DNA from: Haliotis rufescens
Taxonomy: Eukaryota
Assembly (NCBI RefSeq): GCF_023055435.1
Contig: NW_025964361.1
Coordinates: 6,510,001-6,574,000 of the forward strand
Direction of reading: 5' to 3'
DNA length: 64,000 nt
The translations under genes and the position numbers were made by a program. Below are positions 1 through 9,446 of this stretch, in pieces. The notes under the pieces are model-generated. The model had not been told where the DNA came from. It ran no database searches and was given only the letters and a program-made list of their open reading frames with translations. The first letter of the stretch is position 1; each line of letters begins with the position of its first letter.

Positions 1-619
1 TGGGTGTCAATATAGGCTTTCTACTTGCGCCTGGCCTCGGCCTATGTATAAAAGCATGCCCTCTGCAATTTCTGAAGACCACGGGCCAAAAGACCAGCAG
101 TGAGGTGATGAGACGAGTGGAATCCAATATTGACTGAGGCGAAGGGAGATCACTCTCAATCCCTTGTCCGACTACTGCTATTAGTTGGGTGAAGTGCTCG
201 TAATATATCCCATGTGGCGACACTTGTGTTTTAGAGAAGAAAGGCAATTCTCGATTCGCACTCCTTTATAAAGGAAGCCACAATTATTGTTACATTAGAA
301 ACGATTAGCTATTATATTGGAATATAAAATTTATTCCAGATAACAAAGTATCAGAGAGCTGTCCTCGGAGAATATCCCGTGTCACAATTGTCGCCACATA
401 AACATTTAGAAGTGTCTGATCTTAAGGTAACCCCACCTATTTAGAAATCTTCTGCTAAGTGCAGATCATGAAATTGGGACACAGCAGCACAGCAATATAG
501 AGGCAGCATTCACTTTTTAACAATATCCATATGAATTTATGTCTCATGTTCGGAAATCTTGGGATTTGGCCAATATTGCGATGCTGCTGTCGCCCATATA
601 TTATTAGCTGTAAGGAAGA

Positions 620-671
620 AACACTGTAGAGAAAACAGACGACTTGTGTATACATTACAGAAACATTTATT
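620..671 (-). terminator. Candidate poly(A) signal of the orphan gene (repeated in every unit)
   Basis: Minus strand: AATAAA (671-666), then tgtttctgtaatgtataCAcaa, then GU/U-rich gtcgtctgttttctctacagtgtttctt. This gives a 3'UTR of ~700 nt. Confidence 0.6.
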
Positions 672-861
672 CAGATGACCGAAAGTCGAAAGTAATATGC
701 CTCAAGGGAGATCCAAAAACGGGCCAAAATTGTATAGAAAGTATGGTCTTGTGCCATGCTAATAAGCCAAGAGGTTTGCCGAAAGGAAACTGAAAGTTGG
801 GCCAAAACTGTGAGCCTAAAAATACGCCAAAAATACGCTAAGAGCGGGTATATGGAATGGT

Positions 862-863
<2 letters not shown>

Positions 864-932
<69 letters not shown>

Positions 933-1330
933 ATACATGTATGCTCGTTCATTCACTCTAACCCTCACCTCTAACATGCATCCACCTCCCTCTCACACAT
1001 ACAAACATACATACACACATTATTATACATACATGCTCATTCACTCTCTCACACTCACACACAAATACACACACATACATGCATACAGACAGACAGACAG
1101 ACATGCCGATTCAATCTTTCATTTACTCTCACACACTTATACATACACACACATGCATGTTCATTCAAACTTATATTNNNNNNNNNNNNNNNNNNNNNNN
1201 NNNNNNNNNNNNNNNNNNNNNNNNNNNNNNNNNNNNNNNNNNNNNNNNNNNNNNNNNNNNNNNNNNNNNNNNNNNNNNNNNNNNNNNNNNNNNNNNNNNN
1301 NNNNNNNNNNNNNNNNNNNNNCTCACTTGC
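864..1330. repeat. Compound microsatellite block (CT)n-(CA)/(ACAG)n-(ATAC)n in the predicted 3'UTR; length-variable in every unit
   Basis: Directly visible; source of the spurious (RE)n and (HTYI)n ORFs; partly masked by N in many units. Confidence 0.97.
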
Positions 1331-1360
1331 ACACATTCAGACATTAAAAGGATAAGGAGT

Positions 1361-2345
1361 CTAAGAGAAGATCTTCCTAAAGAAGGCAGCCGCTCTCGTC
1401 AGCGCCTTTCTAAGGGGATGAATCTCTCTGTCATCCAAAAAGCTGTGGTCGTCCTCGTCCTCGTACACCCAGTAGTCACTGTCATCGTCGTCACTTGGGG
1501 CAGGATAGTAAGCGGCGTGGTTGATGGTGACGGGGGCGGGGAGCGTCTCACCGTAGACAGGGCGGGCCCAGAACGGAGTGAAAACGCTCAGGGGGTCGGG
1601 ACAACGGGAAGGGGACACAGCCAGGGAACGCTACACATCGAGGGGTGGAGGGAGGGACAAAGGAAGTCAAGTGAGACAGAAATACGGGATACTTTTGCAA
1701 AGAATACGACTCACACTTTATTATAGGGACTGGGCAGACTTAATGTGCAACAAATCAGCTATACTAGACGGAAGAATTTATAGGGTGGGCATGTAAAACT
1801 ACATACACAGTCGGACTCCTCATCCTGAGACGGCCACAAACTCACAGCCGCAGGAGTGCCATAATAGCGAATTATGTCCTCCCGAGCTGAAAAAGAAAAA
1901 CGAAAGCTAGCCTCAGTTAAATGTACGCCGACGGCTACGTTCAAAAAATCACAATTCATGACTTCTGACAGCTACAGTATGCCACTCGACCTCGGCCCTT
2001 TGACACCTCGAAGTCCAAGTGTATGTAGGGTTACGGGATGTGCTGCAAGACGACATTTAACCAATAAAATGGGCCAAACAGCTGCCTTTCACGGAATACG
2101 GGTTATCTTACATCTGTACAACATCGCCCGACACTATAATGTACGAACAGGTTTCATCTGAGAACCACATGTCAAGTTTACAATCTAACATTTCAAGTTA
2201 TGACAATTGCAAATGGCGGCCGCCATCTTCAGTCCCGATACTGCTGCCTAACAACGACCAATTTCACGTCTAATTTAGCATGTTAATACTGTTAAGTGGA
2301 ATAATTGTGATCTTAAATACCTTGAATGTGAAGCCTTGTATTCAT
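1361..2345 (-). CDS. Spliced 3-exon orphan gene, copy 1; 111 aa MNTRLHIQAREDIIRYYGTPAARSLAVSPSRCPDPLSVFTPFWARPVYGETLPAPVTINHAAYYPAPSDDDDSDYWVYEDEDDHSFLDDREIHPLRKALTRAAAFFRKIFS
   Basis: Exon 1 2345-2321 (ccaagATG...CAAG|gtattt, 25 nt, phase 1). Exon 2 1886-1846 (ctttcgtttttctttttcag|...GCT|gtgagt, 41 nt). Exon 3 1630-1361 (tttgtccctccctccacccctcgatgtgtag|CGT...TAG, 270 nt). 25+41+270=336 nt, open frame. No homology recognised. Confidence 0.85.
2211..2229. promoter_or_regulatory. YY1-type palindromic site in intron 1 (ATGGCGGCCGCCAT, contains NotI site), every unit
   Basis: Minus strand reads AAGATGGCGGC (YY1 consensus); 14-bp perfect palindrome at 2213-2226. Confidence 0.55.
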
Positions 2346-2600
2346 CTTGGAAGAAGACACACTTGGAATGATACAGCAGTGAGCGAAACGTAGAGGTCTG
2401 CGGAGCAAAAGCGATCGTTTTTCTGTTGAAAACAGAAGGGACGTCGATAACGGCAACGGTAACTACGTTACGGAGTTCGATGAGTCAGAACGAGGCTCAT
2501 CGCCAGCTTCCGGCGTGGTAAAGCCTAATGGCATTGCCAAGGGTGAAAACTGCCGGGTTTATTTCGTCTGAACACCGGTATTAAGTTGTATCTTACAACT
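2346..2600 (-). promoter_or_regulatory. Candidate 5'UTR and TATA-less CpG-rich promoter of the orphan gene (every unit)
   Basis: Inr-like TCATTC (2371-2366), GACGTC (2440-2445), AP-1-type TGAGTCA (2481-2487), ETS-type CCGGAAG (2513-2507) and locally high CpG. An in-frame TGA lies 51 nt upstream of the ATG in most copies (AGA in copies 1 and 7). The TSS is not established. Confidence 0.45.
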
Positions 2601-3047
2601 GAAACGTTGCCTACATCAGTTCAGAGTTTGAAAAAATTGTGCAGGTGAAACTGGGTGTTTTTCGTGCCTCCATTACCCGAAACAGGGTGAATTTTGTTCA
2701 CTATGAGATGGACATTAACCTTAAACGTTTGCTATGCCGAATAGTGATACCATATAACGACCCTCTATTATACTAGCCTTCACAATACCTTTTACATTCG
2801 ACAAACTGACACGGGCTAGCAGGCTAGTAAGAATGCAAATCTCTGATAATCCAAGTGGGATTTGGGAATTATTCCCAAGCCTACAGGGATAAAATAAAAG
2901 TTCAATGGTACTGGTATTTTCCAACGTGTGCAGCGACAGTTCTTATTTGGTTTGATTTCTAATCTGGAAACACGACGACCACAGAAAATAGCTAATAGGA
3001 GAGAAAGATAAATGACAAGCATATTGGTTTTTACTACACTAGGCCTG

Positions 3048-3348
3048 AGGGGCCGACCATTTCATGTTCCTTTGGAAGGGGGAGTGGGCGACGTTGGATT
3101 TTGTATGGAGACTAGATATTTTGCAGCTACAAATGCAAAATCAGTTAATATAAACTATGAGCCTAAATAAAACATTTTTCAAAAACCCACCTTGCAACAA
3201 CGTATTTTTGGTGGCCGACATGTTCTTTTTGTCCAACAGATGGAAGCATATTTAGTTTTCAATCAACTTTGGAGACAATATATTTTTTTCTGAAAAAAGC
3301 CTAGCCACCCACACACTCACAGTCAGAGAAATCCTATTGACCGTCCCA
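3048..3348. mobile_element. Possible degenerate MITE (~300 bp) in the spacer of every unit
   Basis: Left end AGGGGCCGACCATTTCATG followed by a G-rich run; right end a C-rich run then AAATCCTATTGACCGTCCC (reverse complement GGGACGGTCAATAGGATTT). Imperfect inverted termini, T/A-run-rich interior, no clear TSD. Confidence 0.4.
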
Positions 3349-3441
3349 TTTTGAAAACCTTGATGTGGACGTACAGGGGTAGAATTCAGACCCCTTGTAT
3401 CATTTAGGTATTTTTGTAGAATGCCAGATACGAATATTACG

Positions 3442-3443
<2 letters not shown>

Positions 3444-3519
<76 letters not shown>
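3444..3519. repeat. (TA)n microsatellite in the intergenic spacer; about 5-38 repeats depending on unit
   Basis: Long at 3444 and 48372, short at e.g. 26738 and 34200. Confidence 0.97.
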
Positions 3520-3522
<3 letters not shown>

Positions 3523-4659
3523 TCTACTCTTGCATACAAGTGGGTGTCAATATAGGCTTTCTACTTGCGCCTGGCCTCGGCCTATGTATAAAAGCATGCC
3601 CTCTGCAATTTCTGAAGACCACGGGCCAAAAGACCAGCAGTAAGGTGATGAGACGAGTGGAATCCAATATTGACTGAGGCGAAGGGAGATCACTCTCAAT
3701 CCCTTGTCCGACTACTGCTATTAGTTGGGTGAAGTGCTCGTAATATATCCCATGTGGCGACACTTGTGTTTTAGAGAAGAAAGGCAATTCTCGATTCGCA
3801 CTCCTTTATAAAGGAAGCCACAATTATTGTTACATTAGAAACGATTAGCTATTATATTGGAATATAAAATTTATTCCAGATAACAAAGTATCAGAGAGCT
3901 GTCCTCGGAGAATATCCCGTGTCACAATTGTCGCCACATATACATTTAGAAGTGTCTGATCTTAAGGTAACCCCACCTATTTAGAAATCTTCTGCTAAGT
4001 GCAGATCATGAAATTGGGACACAGCAGCACAGCAATATAGAGGCAGCATTCACTTTTTAACAATATCCATATGAATTTATGTCTCATGTTCGGAAATCTT
4101 GGGATTTGGCCAATATTGCGATGCTGCTGTCGCCCATATATTATTAGCTGTAAGGAAGAAACACTGTAGAGAAAACAGACGACTTGTGTATACATTACAG
4201 AAACATTTATTCAGATGACCGAAAGTCGAAAGTAATATGCCTCAAGGGAGATCCAAAAACGGGCCAAAATTGTATAGAAAGTATGGTCTTGTGCCATGCT
4301 AATAAGCCAAGAGGTTTGCCGAAAGGAAACTGAAAGTTGGGCCAAAACTGTGAGCCTAAAAATACGCCAAAAATACGCTAAGAGCGGGTATATGGAATGG
4401 TAGTCTCTCTCTCTCTCTCTCTCACTCTCTCTCTCTCTCTCTCTCTCATTCATGTATGCTCGTTCATTCACTCTAACCCTCACCTCTAACATACATCCAC
4501 TCTCCCTCTCACACATACAAACATACATACACACATTATTATACATACATGCTCATTCACTCTCTCACACTCACACACAAATACACACACATACATGCAT
4601 ACAGACAGACAGACAGACATGCCGATTCAATCTTTCATTTACTCTCACACACGCACACA

Positions 4660-4694
<35 letters not shown>

Positions 4695-4910
4695 TACATA
4701 TTCATTCAGTCTCTCTTTCTCACACACTTATACATACACACACATGCATGTTCATTCAAACTTATATTTACTCTCACACAAACGCACACATACATACATA
4801 CATACATACATACATACATACATACATACATACATACATACATACATACATACACACCTCCTCATTTTTCACTCACTTGCACACATTCAGACATTAAAAG
4901 GATAAGGAGT

Positions 4911-5895
4911 CTAAGAGAAGATCTTCCTGAAGAAGGCAGCCGCTCTCGTCAGCGCCTTTCTAAGGGGATGAATCTCTCTGTCATCCAAAAAGCTGTGGTC
5001 GTCCTCGTCCTCGTACACCCAGTAGTCACTGTCATCGTCGTCACTTGGGGCAGGGTAGTAAGCGGCGTGGTTGATGGTGACGGGGGCGGGGAGCGTCTCA
5101 CCGTAGACAGGGCGGGCCCAGAACGGAGTGAAAACGCTCAGGGGGTCGGGACAACGGGAAGGGGACACAGCCAGGGAACGCTACACATCGAGGGGTGGAG
5201 GGAGGGACAAAGGAAGTCAAGTGAGACAGAAATACGGGATACTTTTGCAAAGAAAACGACTCACACTTTATTATAGGGACTGGGCAGACTTAATGTGCAA
5301 CAAATCAGCTATACTAGACGGAAGAATTTATAGGGTGGGCATGTAAAACTACATACACAGTCGGACTCCTCATCCTGAGACGGCCACAAACTCACAGCCG
5401 CAGGAGTGCCATAATAGCGAATTATGTTCTCCCGAGCTGAAAAAGAAAAACGAAAGCTAGCCTCAGTTAAATGTACGCCGACGGCTACGTTCAAAAAATC
5501 ACAATTCATGACTTCTGACAGCTACAGTATGCCACTCGACCTCGGCCCTTTGACACCTCGAAGTCCAAGTGTATGTAGGGTTACGGGATGTGCTGCAAGA
5601 CGACATTTAACCAATAAAATGGGCCAAACAGCTGCCTTTCACGGAATACGGGTTATCTTACATCTGTACAACATCGCCCGACACTATAATGTACGAACAG
5701 GTTTCATCTGAGAACCACATGTCAAGTTTACAATCTAACATTTCCAGTTATGACAATTGCAAATGGCGGCCGCCATCTTCAGTCCCGATACTGCTGCCTA
5801 ACAACGACCAATTTCACGTCTAATTTAGCATGTTAATACTGTTAAGTGGAATAATTGTGATCTTAAATACCTTGAATGTGAAGCCTTGTATTCAT
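4911..5895 (-). CDS. Orphan 3-exon gene, copy 2 (N12, L87; two synonymous changes in exon 3)
   Basis: Same exon structure and splice sites as copy 1; frame intact. Confidence 0.85.
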
Positions 5896-7897
5896 CTTGG
5901 AAGAAGACACACTTGGAATGATACAGCAGTGAGCGAAACGTAGAGGTCAGCGGAGCAAAAGCGATCGTTTTTCTGTTGAAAACAGAAGGGACGTCGATAA
6001 CGGCAACGGTAACTACGTTACGGAGTTCGATGAGTCAGAACGAGGCTCATCGCCAGCTTCCGGCGTGGTAAAGCCTAATGGCATTGCCAAGGGTGAAAAC
6101 TGCCGGGTTTATTTCGTCTGAACACCGGTATTAAGTTGTATCTTACAACTGAAACGTTGCCTACATCAGTTCAGAGTTTGAAAAAATTGTGCAGGTGAAA
6201 CTGGGTGTTTTTCGTGCCTCCATTACCCGAAACAGGGTGAATTTTGTTCACTATGAGATGGACATTAACCTTAAACGTTTGCTATGCCGAATAGCGATAC
6301 CATATAACGACCCTCTATTATACTAGCCTTCACAATACCTTTTACATTCGACAAACTGACACGGGCTAGCAGGCTAGTAAGAATGCAAATCTCTGATAAT
6401 CCAAGTGGGATTTGGGAATTATTCCCAAGCCTACAGGGATAAAATAAAAGTTCAATGGTACTGGTATTTTCCAACGTGTGCAGCGACAGTTCTTATTTGG
6501 TTTGATTTCTAATCTGGAAACACGACGACAAAAGAAAATAGCTAATAGGAGAGAAAGATAAATGACAAGCATATTGGTTTTTACTACACTAGGCCTGAGG
6601 GGCCGACCATTTCATGTTCCTTTGGAAGGGGGAGTGGGCGACGTTGGATTTTGTATGGAGACTAGATATTTTTCAGCTACAAATGCAAAATCAGTTAATA
6701 TAAACTATGAGCCTAAATAAAACATTTTTCAAAAACCCACCTTGCAACAACGTATTTTTGGTGGCCGACATGTTCTTTTTGTCCAACAGATGGAAGCATA
6801 TTTAGTTTTCAATCAACTTTGGAGACAATATATTTTTTTCTGAAAAAATCCTAGCCACCCACACACTCACAGTCAGAGAAATCCTATTGACCGTCCCATT
6901 TTGAAAACCTTGATGTGGACGTACAGGGGTAGAATTCAGACCCCTTGTATCATTTAGGTATTTTTGTAGAATGCCAGATACGAATATTACGTCATATATA
7001 TATATATATATATATTAATCTACTCTTGCATACAAGTGGGTGTCAATATAGGCTTTCTACTTGCGCCTGGCCTCGGCCTATGTATAAAAGCATGCCCTCT
7101 GCAATTTCTGAAGACCACGGGCCAAAAGACCAGCAGTAAGGTGATAAGACGAGTGGAATCCAATATTGACTGAGGCGAAGGGAGATCACTCTCAATCCCT
7201 TGTCCGACTACTGCTATTAGTTGGGTGAAGTGCTCGTAATATATCCCATGTGGCGACACTTGTGTTTTAGAGAAGAAAGGCAATTCTCGATTCGCACTCC
7301 TTTATAAAGGAAGCCACAATTATTGTTACATTAGAAACGATTAGCTATTATATTGGAATATAAAATTTATTCCAGATAACAAAGTATCAGAGAGCTGTCC
7401 TCGGAGAATATCCCGTGTCACAATTGTCGCCACATAAACATTTAGAAGTGTCTGATCTTAAGGTAACCCCACCTATTTAGAAATCTTCTGCTAAGTGCAG
7501 ATCATGAAATTGGGACACAGCAGCACAGCAATATAGAGGCAGCATTCACTTTTTAACAATATCCATATGAATTTATGTCTCATGTTCGGAAATCTTGGGA
7601 TTTGGCCAATATTGCGATGCTGCTGTCGCCCATATATTATTAGCTGTAAGGAAGAAACACTGTAGAGAAAACAGACGACTTGTGTATACATTACAGAAAC
7701 ATTTATTCAGATGACCGAAAGTCGAAAGTAATATGCCTCAAGGGAGATCCAAAAAAGGGCCAAAATTGTATAGAAAGTATGGTCTTGTGCCATGCTAATA
7801 AGCCAAGAGGTTTGCCGAAAGGAAACTGAAAGTTGGGCCAAAACTGTGAGTCTAAAAATACGCCAAAAATACGCTAAGAGCGGGTATATGGAATGGT

Positions 7898-7960
<63 letters not shown>

Positions 7961-8461
7961 CATGTATGCTCGTTCATTCACTCTAACCCTCACCTCTAAC
8001 ATACATACACTCTCCCTCTCACACATACAAACATACATACACACATTATTATACATACATGCTCATTCACTCTCTCACACTCACACACAAATACACACAC
8101 ATACATGCATACAGACAGACAGACAGACATGCCGATTCAATCTTTCATTTACTCTCACACACGCACACAATACACACACACACACACAAACATACATATT
8201 CATTCAGTCTCTCTTTCTCACACACTTATACATACACACACATGCATGTTCATTCAAACTTATATTNNNNNNNNNNNNNNNNNNNNNNNNNNNNNNNNNN
8301 NNNNNNNNNNNNNNNNNNNNNNNNNNNNNNNNNNNNNNNNNNNNNNNNNNNNNNNNNNNNNNNNNNNNNNNNNNNNNNNNNNNNNNNNNNNNNNNNNNNN
8401 NNNNNNNNNNNNNNNNNNNNNNCTCACTTGCACACATTCAGACATTAAAAGGATAAGGAGT

Positions 8462-9446
8462 CTAAGAGAAGATCTTCCTAAAGAAGGCAGCCGCTCTCGT
8501 CAGCGCCTTTCTAAGGGGATGAATCTCTCTGTCATCCACAAAGCTGTGGTCGTCCTCGTCCTCGTACACCCAGTAGTCACTGTCATCGTCGTCACTTGGG
8601 GCAGGATAGTAAGCGGCGTGGTTGATGGTGACGGGGGCGGGGAGCGTCTCACCGTAGACAGGGCGGGCCCAGAACGGAGTGAAAACGCTCAGGGGGTCGG
8701 GACAACGGGAAGGGGACACAGCCAGGGAACGCTACACATCGAGGGGTGGAGGGAGGGACAAAGGAAGTCAAGTGAGACAGAAATACGGGATACTTTTGCA
8801 AAGAAAACGAATCACACTTTATTATAGGGACTGGGCAGACTTAATATGCAACAAATCAGCTATACTAGACGGAAGAATTTATAGGGTGGGCATGTAAAAC
8901 TACATACACAGTCGGACTCCTCATCCTGAGACGGCCACAAACTCACAGCCGCAGGAGTGCCATAATAGCGAATTATGTCCTCCCGAGCTGAAAAAGAAAA
9001 ACGAAAGCTAGCCTCAGTTAAATGTACGCCGACGGCTACGTTCAAAAAATCACAATTCATGACTTCTGACAGCTACAGTATGCCACTCGACCTCGGCCCT
9101 TTGACACCTCGAAGTCCAAGTGTATGTAGGGTTACGGGCTGTGCTGCAAGACGACATTTAACCAATAAAATGGGCCAAACAGCTGCCTTTCACGGAATAC
9201 GGGTTATCTTACATCTGTACAACATCGCCCGACACTATGATGTACGAACAGGTTTCATCTGAGAACCACATGTCAAGTTTACAATCTAACATTTTCAGTT
9301 ATGACAATTGCAAATGGCGGCCGCCATCTTCAGTCCCGATACTGCTGCCTAACAACGACCAATTTCACGTCTAATTTAACATCTTAATACTGTTAAGTGG
9401 AATAATTGTGATCTTAAATACCTTGAATGTGAAGCCTTGTATTCAT
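8462..9446 (-). CDS. Orphan 3-exon gene, copy 3 (consensus protein, V87)
   Basis: Same exon structure and splice sites; frame intact. Confidence 0.85.

Noticed and set aside
47-137. TATAAAAG followed by GTGATGA...CTGA (box C/D-like)
   Set aside because: Only ~33 nt from box C to box D, no terminal stem, and box C is mutated to GTGATAA in several units.
732-750. Minus-strand AAGACCATACTTTCTATAC resembling the 5' end of U3 snoRNA
   Set aside because: Box A (GATCA) and boxes C', B, C and D do not follow; it lies inside the predicted 3'UTR.
1178-1321. Recurrent N runs (12 in the window) as possible hidden variable inserts or spacers
   Set aside because: They sit exactly where unmasked units show (ATAC)n or (CT)n. 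Lengths of 140/144/148/156 mostly differ by multiples of 4, consistent with hard-masked long microsatellite alleles.
1079-1726. Long plus-strand ORFs (215-379 aa, HTYI...IKRIRSLREDLPKEG...)
   Set aside because: Their N-termini are microsatellite or N-run read-through that changes frame between units; the rest is the antisense shadow of exon 3.
1759-1959. 66-aa minus-strand ORF MNCDF...AREDIIRYYGTPAAVSLW
   Set aside because: Only its 41-nt core is exon 2; the rest is intron. It is broken by the 7-nt insertion in unit 6.
2613-2705. Spliced-leader-RNA-like layout on the plus strand (CAG|GTGAAA...AATTTTG Sm-like site)
   Set aside because: Weak donor; the Sm-like site sits inside a hairpin, is mutated to AACTTTG in units 8-10 and is deleted in unit 11; no match to an SL sequence I know.
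1-3540. Unit as an rDNA/5S, histone, U1/U2 snRNA, tRNA, hammerhead retrozyme or CRISPR repeat
   Set aside because: No diagnostic sequence seen on either strand (no 5S, U1 or U2 5' ends, histone ORFs, tRNA A/B boxes with cloverleaf, complete hammerhead core, or repeat-spacer structure). This was by eye; an Rfam scan would be decisive.
3524-3787. 87-aa minus-strand spacer ORF, and the other short spacer/intron ORFs (66, 67, 68, 72, 95 aa)
   Set aside because: Most have non-ATG starts or are frameshifted, truncated or lost in some units (e.g. the 87-aa ORF in units 4, 14, 15, 17, 18). Their recurrence only reflects the tandem repeat.
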